DNA of 64,000 nt from Cyanophora paradoxa CCMP329. Its lineage: Eukaryota; Plantae; Glaucophyta. This document shows positions 25,646 through 38,200 of the stretch, piece by piece. Each line of letters opens with the position of its first letter. The stretch's first letter is position 1. The notes under the pieces are model-generated. The model did not search any database and was not told where the DNA came from. It saw only the letters and a list, made by a program, of their open reading frames with translations. The position numbers and the translations under genes are program-made. Location: the NCBI GenBank assembly GCA_004431415.1, contig QPMI01000190.1:124001-188000 (forward strand). The letters run 5' to 3'.

Positions 25646-26589
25646 CTTTTTCGTCGTGTAGCCGGTGCGACGCATTCGTTTTTGGGCATTGGGCTATGGC
25701 TATAGCTGCGATAAATCCGAGCGAGCGTGCACTATGACGACCACCCTGAGCGCAAACCGACGCGAACCTGCATCCGCCGCGCACGACCGGGCTCGCTCGG
25801 CTCCGTGCGAGGCGTGGATCGGCAGCTGGGGTCCAACACACTTGATCTGAGTGCACGCCGCTCGCCTGCCTTCCGTCTTAAAGCGTTCTAGCGGGCCGCC
25901 GAGGCTGATGACACCGGAGCCAAATCTGAGGCGCCGGTGCTTGCGCCGTGTGCATGAAGATGCCCTCTCCGAGATTGGTATTACTCCGAACCTCGTCAAG
26001 GCGGCCCGCCGGGGCATTCTAGGTCCGGGGCGGGGCGGCGGCGTCTAGCGATGATGAGACCACAGAAGGCCGCGCATAACCCGCCGTAGCTGCCGCCCCT
26101 CGCGGGCGGCGCCGCGTGTGTGGGTGGTGACGAAACGGTCCGAGAGGTATATTCTGAGCGCTCGGCGCGCCGCCGGCTAGGGGCCTGGGACCGAGGGCGG
26201 GCCTTCGGGTTCCCCGCTCCCCTTCTTTCTTCCCACCCGCCCCTCACTCGCCTCCCTTCCCGGAGCCTGCGGGCAGGGACGAGGATGCCGGGAGTCTTCT
26301 CAAAGCGACTCGGAGGCCTCCTTGCGACGATGCGCATCGGGTCAGTCCCGGTGACCTGCTGCCTTCGAACCCCCCGGGGGGTTCGGCTGCCTTCAGGCAC
26401 CTACCTCTCTTGTGCTCTTCTCGAATGCAAAACAGTTCTTTTGCCCTCACGAACTCCCGCATTAGTACTTTCTTCCGATAAGCTGGCACTCGAATAACCT
26501 CTTCAAACTACGTACAAAAAATGGGACGCGCGAGGGGCGGGGGGCACGGGCGGCCGTGTTAGGGGCCGGGGCCGCCAGAGGAGGCCCGC

Positions 26590-28418
26590 TCAGCTGCTCT
26601 TGCCGTGGGCGGAGGCGTCGTGCTTGCTGGAGTCGTGGCGGGAGTCCTCGGGGGCGGCGACGAGGGCGGCCTCGGCCTCCTCGACGCTGATCTTGCCGGC
26701 GAGGAGCTTGAGGAAGGCGACCTTGTGCCTGTAGACGTGCTCCGTGACCGGCTGGCCCAGGTGGTCCGCCATCACGAGCCGCACGTTGGAGGCGTACAGC
26801 TGCGGCTCCTTGCGCTCCTCCTCGCTCGGCGTGTAGACGGGGAGGAACGTCACCTCCACGTAGTTCCGCACCTGCGTCAGCATCCGGAAGAGGTCTGCGG
26901 GGGGCGCCCCGGGCGGTCAGGGGGGCGCCCGGGCGACGGCGGGCCGGAGCGGGCGGGGCAGCGCGGACGCAGGTGGATGTCCATGGACTCCCACGCGGGG
27001 CAGAACTTCTGGTAGGGGTACCGCAGGCAGAGCACCTGCACGGGCTTGCCCGCCCGGAAGGCCCCCGTGCTGAAGCGCACTGCGCGGGCCGGGGGCGTCC
27101 TCAGCCATGCGAGGAATGCTCCCGGGGGTACGGGATACTCGAACCGAGGAAGTCGCCGTTGGTGGTGGTGCCCTCCGGGTAGATGCAGAGGGGCGGGAAG
27201 TCTGCACGCGGCGGCGGCCGCGGTCAGTGGGGTGGGGGACGAAGAGGGGGGGACGGGCGCCGATCCCACCGGCGGCGTTGGCGTTCTGCCGCTGTACGAC
27301 GAGGTCCGATACGCCGGCGCGCTTGGCCGCCTGAGGCGCGGAGGGACGAGCTTTGAGGGGGAGCAGGGGAAGGGGAAAGGGGGGGGGGGTACCTCGCGCT
27401 CCGTGAAGGCGCACTGCATGGCCTGGGCGCAGAGGCCGACCATCGGGATGTTCCTCACGTCCGCCTTCGCGATGAACGACGGCATGCTGTGCGCCATGTG
27501 CACCAGGATGTCCAGGTACGACATCTGGTACCCCCAGGGTCGACGTCCGCGGTGCCGCGGGTGGGGCGGGGCGGGGCGCAGGCGGGCGGGGCCGCACGTG
27601 GTTTGAGACCATCACGACAGCCGGCGTGCCGTCCTTCCCCACCGCTGGCTTCTGCGCCCGAGCCGAGCCGAGGGGCCGCGGTCAGGCGTCTCCAGGGGCG
27701 ACGAGCGTGCGCGGGAGAGCACTGTGGGGGTCCCCCGCCGCTCGATCTTGTAGAAACCGAAGCCGAAGAGGCAAATCCGCGCGAAGTAGCGGCCCAGGCG
27801 GATGAACTTGCGCCGGCTCTCGGGGATGGGCGTGCACGTGTCCAGCTTCCCGTGGCCGAGCAGCGCGAGCTTCACGACGATCCAGTAGACCGTCACGCAG
27901 AGCAGGGCCCAGACGATGCGCAGCGGCAGGAGAGTCCAGGCCAGCAGCGCCGTCTGCAGATTGCAGTGGTCAGATGAAGCGCGCGCGCGCGCGGCCGCCG
28001 CGCGGGGGAGTGACCTTAAGGATCTCGCTCATTGTGAGGACCGGGTCCGTGCTGAGCGCGGCGGGGGCAAGTCGCTCTCAGTGAGAGCCTCACGGTCGCG
28101 GACTCGGACTCACCGCCGGAATGGGCCGAACTTCAAAGCGCATTTCTCCAGCTTGCTGTTCGGCCGCGGCGTGAACAAAGCGTTCTCGGTCTGGATCTGC
28201 GCGAGGGGCGGTCTGAGCCGGACGGCGTTTCGGCGGGGTAGCGGCCCACCCATTGCGTGATCGCTAAGCAAGTGGCCAGGTACACCACGCCCGCTATTAG
28301 CGGAAGCATCTGTGCTCGAGAGTCGGCTTGGCACCCTCGACAGTCGGACAGTGCTCAGCCGGGGTAGAGCGCTTTCTGGCTTGCGCCCCGCGCCGAAGCG
28401 CCCGTGCATCTCTGCCAT
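26590..28418 (-). CDS. Lysophospholipid acyltransferase LPEAT/LPCAT family
   Basis: MVSNH|MSYLDILV (NHX4D), SFIAKADV, IYPEGTTTNG, FSTGAF, YPYQKFCPAWES, VTFLPVYTPSEEERKEPQLYASNVR. Confidence 0.92.
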
Positions 28419-28535
28419 CAGATGAAAAAGCGTTGGCTCCAGTAGTCCCGTTGAGCCAAGCCCGGGTGGGCAGCGGCCGCTCGGAGGCTCGCAGCACGCG
28501 GGCGGGCCTCGGCCCGCCCCAGCAGCGTGTCCGCA

Positions 28536-31286
28536 ATGACGGAGGCGAGTTCCTCGGCCGCCGCCGCCATCGGCGATCGCCTGAAGGCAATTGCCGAACG
28601 CAACGCGCGTCTAAAAGCGCGTTTGCAAGAGACGGCCGCCAAGCAGGAGCGCGTGGAGGAGAAGACGGACAGCGCGCTTAATCGCTGGGAATCTTCGGAG
28701 AGCAACCATGACTTTGATTCCCTGGCGCGCTCGCTCGATTCCCTGCTGGAGAAGTCAGTCTCCAGCACGGCCGGAGTTTCCGCCCTGCTCGCCGGCCTGC
28801 GGCTGCGGCCAGGCGGACTCGTTCGGAAGCCAGAGCCTGCGCCTGCGCAGCCAGATGCAGCGTGAGCCTGCGCCCCGCGCCCGCTCGAAGCGTCGTTTCA
28901 ACGAGTCCGCACAGGTCCGCGGACGACGTGGGCCTGTGGCTCGAACAGGCGCGGAACCTGCTGGCGGGGCAGGACGAGCTCTCGGCACCGCTCTTTGACC
29001 ACTTCGTGGTCGTGGGCGTGCCGAGTACAAACCCCAGCGTGCGCGAGATGACCCGAGACACGCGCAACGTGCGGGCGCAACCGGAGTTCCTCTTCGTGTT
29101 CCCGCCCCAAGCGAGGTGCCCGCCGCGCGCAGCTTCCCCGCCGCGTGCGCTCACGCGGCGGGCGGCCGCAGCGAGCGCATCGTCGACGTCCCCTCGTTCT
29201 GCTTCCCTGCCGGTGTCAAACTCGGCTGCGTGGACCGCAACGACTTCGACTACAACGAGGTCGGCCCGCGCGGTGGCGTCGCTCCTGCACCGATGCACTG
29301 ACCAGCCGCCCGCCGCGCCTCAGTTCGCGTTTGGCCGCTCGCGCCTTTCCGAGGCCGACGCGCATACTTTCATCCTCACGGACGGCTTTGGCAACTCCTC
29401 CTACGGCGTCTGTGTCACCGTCCCCTCTCTCGTCGATGTGCGCACCCCTCCGCCGCCCGCCGGGCGCCCCCCAACGCTGACGCGGCGCCGGCCGCGCAGG
29501 CGGACGTGCGTGGGGACGCGTCGGGGAAGTGGCAGGTGACGGGCTCGCGCTGCGTCTGCGTCGTGTCGCGGCACGCGGTGCTGCCGCTGCTCTTCCGCTT
29601 CGTGGCCGGCCTCGTCGCCATGGACCGCATCACCCGCCTCCGCCTCGCCAACGAGGGGCCCGCCGCCCTCGCCGCCTACACCTCCCGCTCCCCGCTCCTC
29701 CGCTCCGCAGTCTCCGGCGGCGGGCAGAGCCGCCTGCAGCCGACGACGAGCGGGCCGGGCCCCCCGGCGCAGTCCGCTGCGGCCGCCGCCAAGGCCTCCG
29801 TCCTCTCGTTCTTCCGAGGCCAGTTCTTCACGCACCACAAGGAGCTGGCCGAGAAGAGCCAGCGAGCGCTGGACCTCGGGGGCGTCCCCGCGCGCCTGCG
29901 CTCCTCGCGGGGCTCCCTCCCGACGGTCCGCCTCGGGCGCTCCTCCTCCATCCGCATCGACGAGGACGAGGACTGGGACGCGCACACGGAGGACTCGCCG
30001 CGCCGCGGCGGCAGCGCCGGGCACGCCGGCGACGGCCTCCACACCGCCGGGCCCGCCTTTGTCGATCCAATCACAATCGCCCTCGAGGCCCGCCCCCCGC
30101 CCGCACCCCCTCCCGCCTTCGCGCGCCTCCGCCCCCCGGCCTTACCCTCGCCCCGCAGACCTTCCAGGCGACGGCCGTACCACGGCGCGGCGAGTCCCTC
30201 ACCTTCCGCCTCTCCGACGACGTGCCCGTGCGCGCCGGCCCCCTGCCCCCGCCCCCACCCGAGTTCTGAGCGGGGGGAGGGCGGCGCAGCCGGTGGAGTT
30301 CGAGCGGCCGGAGAGCGGGGACGGGCTGACGATGGCGCGGTGGGCGCTGCTGCGGGCGGCGCGGGCGGACGGGCTGCCCCTCGCGCACCTCGTGACCCTC
30401 CTGGGCGCCGCCCTCCTGGAGCGGCAGCTCGTCATCGTCGCTCCGGACCTCTCCCTCCTCTCCTCCGTCGTGTCCGCACGCCCCTCGGCCCTCCCCGCCG
30501 CCCCTTCCCTTAGCTGCCCCTGGCTCGCCCAGGGTCGCGGTGATCTCGCTGCTGCGGCCCTTCAAGTGGCAGTGCCTCGTCTGCCCCCTCCTCCCCGTCT
30601 CCATGGCCGACTTCCTCGAGGCGCCCGTCCCCTTCGTCGTCGGCCTCCCCGAGCTCGGTACCCCCTCCCCTGCCCCCCCTTCGCACAGGCCGCCCTCAGC
30701 GGGGGCGGCAGACCCGCGCCTGCTGCCGCGCATCCACGAGCTGGTGCTGTGGGACTACGACCGCCGGAGCGTCCACCTCCCCGACGCCGCAGGGCCCCAC
30801 ACTGACTGCCCCCCGCTGCCCCGCCACGCCGAACTGTCCGCCCCGCCCCCGCCGCGCCGCGCCCCCGCCGCCTGCCCGGTCCGGCCCGACGCGACCGCAG
30901 AGAGGCGGTCCTGCGGGGGCCCTACGGCGAGCTCTGCCGCGGCGACGAGGGGGAGCCTTTGTCCCCCGCCGACCGCGCCAGGGCGCGTCCCCCGCCCGCT
31001 GGCGAGCCTCGGCCCTCTGGGCCCCCGCTGATGCCGCACCCAGGCGGTGGACGCGGTGATCGGGGCGTGCGAGGAGCACCTGGAGCAGCACCTGCTGCGG
31101 CCCCTCGCGGCGGGGGCGAGCTGGGCGACCCCCGCCGAGCGCTCCTTCGCGGAGCTCTTCGCCCAGACGCAGATGTACTCCGCCCTCCGCGAGGGCCAGA
31201 ACCCCCTCCCGCTCGCCGGCCTCCCTGCCGGCCCTGCCCCCTCCGGACCCGCCTCCAATATCCGCAAGTCCCTCTCCGTCTTCTAG
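28536..31286 (+). CDS. DENN-domain protein (putative Rab GEF)
   Basis: uDENN LFDHFVVVG, VPSFCFPAG, TFILTDG..SYGVC; cDENN ALLERQLV..., LLRPFKWQ..CPLLP...FLEAPVPFVVG; dDENN FAQTQMY. Confidence 0.92.
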
Positions 31287-31704
31287 TCCCCTGCCCGGCC
31301 CTCGCCTCTCTTCTCCCTCAGCGCAGCCCCTTTCCCGGTTCATTCTTAGGTAGTTACTTTCATTAAGCAGATATCGATCGGGCGTATACGTACGCGAATT
31401 GATTTTGAAGTTCGAATTCTTTGCCGAGGCGCGCAGGGCGCCGGCCCCCGTATACGGCAAAGCAACCGGCGCGCCGGTTCTGCGCGACTAGCTATATATA
31501 GCTATAGCTATAGTTTTGCGTCTTCATCGCCATCGGTCCGGCACCGGTACCTTCTCGTGCACCCCGATATCGATGCGCGCGCGCGCATGCGCCGCACAAT
31601 TGATATTAATATTGCAGTACGTATACTATGATACGCGTTGAACAGCTGCAGTGCAGCAACACGCGCACGGGGGTACAGTCTTCCCGGCCCTGGCCGCTAC
31701 AGGC

Positions 31705-33776
31705 ATGGCGGGCCCGACGCGTATCCTCGCGGACGGCACGGTCGTGCGGGGCGACGCCGCGCCTTCCGCAGCGGCCGCCGCTGGTCCAAGAACCCTATCC
31801 GGCAATCCTGCGCCGGCGCCTGATGCGGCGGCCCCCGCGCCTGTTGAGGAGCGTGCGCAACCGCAACCGCAGCAGCCGCTGCCTTATCAGCAGCAGAATC
31901 TACGCCCTGTCCCTCCCGCGGGCGATTCGTGGCAGCCAGGTCAAGCAGCCGCTCAGGTCTGTCACGCGCGCCCTGCAAACTCTTCCTGATGACACTATGC
32001 AGTATGCAATTCCCATTCAATACGCGCCTGGAGGGCCTGGTGCTTTGCAATATGGCACTCTAGGCGCGCCGGCCCCGCGTGACCCAACACTTCTGACCGC
32101 TCTACAGCCGGACCGAACGCGCCGCCTCCTGGCGTCGCGATGGGCATACCAGTTGCTGGCACGTACGGCTACGGCATGAATCCTTACGGGCGTATGTACG
32201 ACGACGACGACGGGGGCGGCGTCGCCATCGACGTGGTTCGCATCCGCCGCGGGGCGGGGCGGGGCAGGGGCAGCCGGCGACGCGGCGCGTGGGGCTGGCC
32301 TTCATCGTCGCTGGGCTCATTCCTCGTCTGTAGTGCGGCGAGCAGATGCCCGTGGGCTCTCTGCAGCCCCATCAGTGGTGCTGCCTCTGCTGCTGCCCAT
32401 GTTTCATTGGCAACCCCTGCTCGCCGGCACGCAAGGTGCGAGGCTCCTTGCGGACTTTGTTTCACGCTCAACGCCGATGCGCGCGATGCGGCAGGAGCGG
32501 TACAAGGAGATCGCCAAGGTGCCTTGAATCAATAGCCGCAAGCGCAATTCGAGCCATGATGCTCAGGTCTTTGAGCTCTGGATTTATGGTCTCCCGCGCG
32601 CAGAGCTTTATCGGAATCGTGTCTATGATCGAGATCGTTCTCTTCATCGCCTGCCTTGTCCACGGCGGCTTTGCCTCCCAGAAGGAGAACCGGATGCTGG
32701 TGAGCACCGTGGACTCCGATGCTGCTCCGCCCCGTCGAGCCAAGGGCGGGGGCCGGGGCAGGGACCGCCGACGTCGACGCTGCTGCTCTTCGGGGCCTCG
32801 AACGGCGTGCTGGAGGGCGCTCCCAACTACCAGGTCCGCCCCCCGCGCTGCTCGCTGCCCGCCCCTTGCCGCCGGCGTCCGATCGGGCAGGGCGCCAGCT
32901 GTGGCGGCCCTTCACCGCCGTCTTCCTGCACGGCGGCGTCCTGCACCTCTTCTTCAACGTACGCGCAGCAATCGCGACGCGGGCCCCCCTCACCAAGAGA
33001 TGCGCGTACCCCCCTCACGCCGCCCGGCGCCCGCCGCGCTGCGCAGGTTTTGGGTCAGGTTTTGTTCGGCCGCCAGGTGCTCCGCTTTCGCTGCCCGGCC
33101 GCCCGCCCGCCGTCCGCGGGAGCGCCCTCCTCGGGAGCCTCTGCTCAGGCAGCCGTCCGCAGATCGAGATGGAGTGGGGCGCGCCGCGGGCGGCCGCGGT
33201 CTTCCTCATAGGGGGCGTCTGCGGGAACCTGGGCAGCGCGGCCTGGCACCCCTCCATCGTCTCCGTGGGCGCCAGCGGTGCCGTCCTGGTGAGGCGCTTG
33301 CTGCAATCCGGCCGCGGGGCCCGCCCGGCCGGCGGCTTGAATGGCCCGCCGGCAGGCGCTGGCGGGAGCGATGGTGGCGCGCCTCACGATCGACGTCTCC
33401 CGCGACGGCACCTCGACCCCCGCCTCCAAGATGAAGATAATGCAGCTGGTAGAGTGCCCCCGCAGATCGCGCAGCGGGGCAGCGGCGCTGACGCGGCGGC
33501 GTACGCCCCGCCGCTCGCGCCGCGCAGGCCCTCTTCATGCTGCTGATCTTCGTCATGGCGACGGGCTCCAACGCCGCGACAACCGTCGACAACGCCGCGC
33601 ACCTCTGCGGCGCCGCCGCCGGCCTTCTCCTCGGCCTTCTTCTCTTTGGGGGGGAGGCCGTCCGCGAGGGCTCCTCCCCCGCCTGGGGCCGCGCCCTGCG
33701 GGCGGCCTCGGCCGCCCTCCTCGCCGCAGGCGTGGGGTCCGCCGCGTACTTCGTCGTGCTCGGCGGCCGCGCCTGA
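31705..33776 (+). CDS. Rhomboid intramembrane serine protease
   Basis: QLWRPFTAVFLHGGVLHLFFN, IEMEWG, SVGASGAV (catalytic Ser), VDNAAHLCG (catalytic His). Confidence 0.9.
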
Positions 33777-34391
33777 CCCTCCGAGCTCAAGGGCTCTCTC
33801 CCCCCCCGACACCTCTGTACATGCGCTCACTGAGTCACGAACTTGCCCCGTCTTTCAGCAAGCCGGAATCGAATCGCTTTCAGGCTCTAAATCGGTTGTC
33901 ATAGCGGCTAAATCCAGATGGCCGGGGGGTTCGAGTTGGCGGGAAATTCAAAAGAAGCGAGTTGGCGACAGAGCTCGGTAAGGTGAACCCGAGTAGATAG
34001 TGCAGAGAAAGCTTAGATATCAGGCGTCAGCGGCCGCAGCGGCGCAACCGGTGATCGCCGCCGCGGAGGAGTGCGGGGTGGCCGTGAGGGATCGCCGGGC
34101 GGGAGGACAAAGGACCCGAGCGCTGGATCGCACCTTGCCTCACATCACATCGATGTCGCTCTGGACTCCTGACCATCAGTAGAGGAACCCGCTGGGGAAC
34201 CGGCTCGCGGATACCAAAGAAGGAAGACAAAATTGACAAAACTGGTCTTGCGACCGAACAAAGCATTCGGAAAACACTCAAGTTACAATGAGGCTAAGAA
34301 AGGACGTCGGCGAAAGGCCCGAGAGCCTGCTATGTCCCACGATGACTGAGAGACAGGGCCCGCCACATCACAACGACTCCAGCCGCAGAGC

Positions 34392-34879
34392 TTACAGCTT
34401 CAGGCCAAGCTTGAGGTCCAGAATGGGGGTGCCGTCCATCTTGAAGTCGGTAAGATCGTACGAAACCTGCTGGACGGTCAGTGACGCGGCGTGGTCCCGA
34501 GGATCCACGACGGACCTTCGCCTCAAGGTTCGCCGCGCCGGAGATCGGGAAAACCTTCCGGGCAGTGACGCCTGCAATCATTAGAGCTTAGCAACGAAGC
34601 CGCCAGGCCCAGCACCAGGTGAAACGCTAACCGTACGAGGCCTTGTTGCCCTTCTCCACGGGCTGCTTGTACTGCAGCGAGAACTCGAAGCCCTGCGACA
34701 CGATTTCGAATACGGAATCAAGGCCATCGGCTCGGGAGGCGGACCAGATCGCCGAGCGACAGGCCGCCGATGGAGGGGGTCTCGGACTTAGCAACGACGG
34801 CAGGGGCCGCCGGAGCCGGAGGAGCCGGAGCCGAGCGAGTGGCGGCACGGCGGGCGGGGGCGGCACGCTTGGGCGGCAT
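34392..34879 (-). CDS. 108-aa orphan with Ala/Pro/basic N-terminus and four amphipathic beta-strands
   Basis: Exons 34879-34745, 34692-34632, 34571-34516, 34466-34392 (327 nt) join in frame through three GT-AG introns. Confidence 0.75.
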
Positions 34880-35259
34880 TTGCTTCGCGGTGAGAGGATT
34901 GGCGGGGGAGGGTGATTGGCCAGGAGGGTACGGGCAGCGGGGGGACCATCCGGGCCTGCGCCACGCCGCCGGCCTGGTTTGCCTCTTTTTGCCTGCAGCT
35001 GAGCACAATACACCTCGTAGCGCTAGGTACAGCGTGGCCGACCGGCGACATGCCGTCCTAGATGCGGCTACCACGAACGCTGCATAGCGCGTGTCGCCTG
35101 GTGACACACTAGGATCTAGGCAGCCAGATCGCCGACTCCTGTTTGCGGCCCGAGAGCCTGGCAAGAGGGCGTCTGGAGTTCTGCAGGTACCAAGCACCTT
35201 TCAGAGGCGGGGCTCCTCATCCATCATGTCCTACCGTGGCACTGAACAGCGGTTCTGAG

Positions 35260-38200
35260 ATGGCGCTCCGCGTGTCGCTGCGTGCGGCCCCCGCTGTCCT
35301 GGCGGGCGAGGCGCCTCCGAGCCCAAACGAGCTGGCCGCCCAGACCTCACGGACGGCCCGCTCCGCTGCAAATGCAGCATCGGAGCCGAGATCCTCCATT
35401 GATCTCTCGGCGTTGATTCGATCCCTCAACCGGCCTCCCTCCGCAGCGCGCACCGTGACGCCGGAGCTCCTGTCTCCGGGCACCACCGTTGCGCTGCTGC
35501 GCACCTCTTCGGCGGAGGATGCTGCGCCGGCCGCGGAGCTTCCCGGCCGGTGCACGGCCCCCGAGCCGAAGAAGGGCTCCGTATCCGCTGCTCCGGGCGC
35601 GAGCGGCGGGGCAGCGCCGGAGAGGGCTGAGGCGGCCGGCTCGCCCTCGAAGGAGAACGGCCGGGCGGAGGCGGCGCCAGCGCCGCCGCAGCCGTCGTCG
35701 TCGCCGCAGGTGTCGGAGAAGAGGAGGGTGCGGAGCAGGACGCTCTCGCAGAACCGCTCCAACCGGCGCCTCTCCGTCTCCTTCCGCGCCGGCGAGAGCG
35801 CCCCGGAGGCCGAGCGCGAGCGCGAGCGTGAGCGGGAGCGAGGTGGCTCGCCCGTAGAGCGCCCGGCGTCCAACCCGACCACCCCGCGCTCCGCCACCTC
35901 CCGCCCCTCCACGCACCGCTCCGAGGCCCTCGCCACCCGCCGCCCGCCCCCCGCCCTCTCCTCCGCCGCCGCGCCCCCCGGTCAGCCCCTGTCCCGCGTC
36001 TGCCGCCCCGCCCCGCCCCGGACTGCGCTCTGAGGCGTGCGCAGACTTCGCCGCGACTGTGGAATTTGTCTTGAAGGACGACGCCAGACGAGAGGTGCGC
36101 GCGGCCTGCAGCGCGCCCCGCGCCTCGGCGCCCCAGGGCCGTCCCCCGGGGCCGCCTGACGCGGGGCGGCAGCTGGACTGGCAGGGGATCACGAGCGCCT
36201 TGACCCTCACATTCGCCGACGACCGCCTCGAGCGCAAGCGCGTACCCCCCCCCGCCCTCCGCCCCCCTCCCCCATTTCCATCTCCGTCGTCCCTGAGACG
36301 CACCGCAGCTTTGCGCGGGTGTATGCGGCGAACGCCGTGCCGCGGGCGGTTCTCGCGGGGGTAGTCGGCACCCTCGCCGCCCTTGTCTCCGGTGCCCCCT
36401 TTCCCTCCAATCTGATCGGATCCTCGGAGTGCGCTGATGCGCCCACCGCGCGCGCGGCAGCGGCGGTCTCGATGGCGGGCCCCTCGCAGCTGCACCTCGA
36501 GTCCCTCTTCTTCTTCCTCGGCGGTGCGCGCGCCCCGCGCCTGCGCCCCTCCGCCCTCTGAGCCGCCCCCCCTCCCCTCCCCCCGGGCGCAGCCGGGGTG
36601 GCGCTGTGCGGGTCGGTGCTGGCGCGGACGACGCTCTACTACCGGCGGCGGGTCGTGCTGCACCGCCTGGGGGCGCCCCTCCTGGCGCTCCTCTTCGTCT
36701 GCACGCTCGCCGCCGCCCGCGTCGCGGGGCGCGACGAGCTCAGCCCCGCCTCCTTCCCCGCCGCCCTCGTCCTCGTCGTCGCCATCGTCCGCGTGCCGGC
36801 CGCCTGGGCGACGCCGCTCACGCTGGCGTACCCCCTGCTGCTCTTCCTCTTCGGGCTGGCGTACCTGCCGGCGGCGACGGCGGCGGCGCTCTCGCTCCCG
36901 ACGGCGCTCGTCTGGCTCGTGCTCGCCCTCAACGGCCGCTCCGCGGAGATGACGGCGCGGCGCAACTTCTGGATGGGGCGGCTGCGGGAGCAGACGCACG
37001 AGGCGGCGTCGCGGGAGAAGGCCAAGGGGGCCCGCATCCTCCGCAACATCCTCCCCGAGCCGGTCATCGAGGCGGTGCGGGAGGGGCGGCCGCTGGAGGG
37101 CAACGTCAACCGCCGCTACGACGCCGCCTCCGTCGTCTTCGTCGCCCACTGCGCCCCGCCCAAGCTCACCGACGGCGACATCAAGCTCGGTGAGGGGCCC
37201 GCCACGCAGAGCAGGCCGGCCGCCGCGAAGGGCGGGGTGACGCGGGCGCAGTGATGCGGCGCGCGAACGCGCTGGTGGGGCGGCTGGAGGAGCTCTGCGA
37301 CGAGTTCGGGTGCGAGAAGATCAAGACGATAGGGCTCACCTTCATGGCCGTCTGCGGGCTCCCCCGCGAGCGCCCCGACCACGCCGCGCGGGCGGTGGCC
37401 TTTGCGGCGGCGGCGGTGGCGGAGGGCGGGCGGCTGGACTTCAGCCTCCACGCCGGCGTCTCCTCGGGCTCCGTCGTCGCCGGCGTCGTCGGCTGCCGCC
37501 TCTTCTACGACACCTGGGGGGTCCGCCCCCGCCCCCGTTCCTCCCCCTCGCCCCGCCCCCACCGCCCCGCTCACCGCTCGCCGGCGCGCCAGGACACGGT
37601 CAACACGGCGAGCCGCATGTGCTCCTACGCCGCCCCGGGCACCGTCCTCTGCTCCTCCGCCACACGCGTCCTCCTCCCCGAGACGCCCCTCCCGGACCCC
37701 AGGCGAGCCGAACCTTTCTTTCATTCTCGCGAAAGGTCTTCTGAGAGCGCTCGCTCGTTCGGGCCGCAGGCTCCGCTTCTCGGTGTCGTCGGGGCGGGAC
37801 CTGCTGGTGAAGGGCAAGGGGGTGCAGCGGACGTACGAGGTGACGCTGGGGACGCTGCCCGAGGAGGCGGCCGCCGAGGGCGACGCGGAAGACACCGAGC
37901 ACGAGGCCGGCCCCGCCCGAGCCCCCGCCCCCGGCCCCCGCCGCCCCTCCCCGCCGCCCCCGCCCCCGCATCCCCCTGCCCGCCCCGCCATCGGTGGCGG
38001 CGGCCTCGTCGCTTCTGCCGCGCCGGCGGGGACACGCTGGCGCCGCCGGAAGCGCTGCCGCCGGGGCGGCGGCGGGGCTGGCGGGGACGGGCCGGAGCCA
38101 GTCGGAGCGGCGGCGGCGGCCGGCGGCGAACTACATCCCGAGACCACCGACGAGGAGGGGCCTGGGACGCCCCGCCGCCGCGGCCGCCGGCGAGGCGAGC

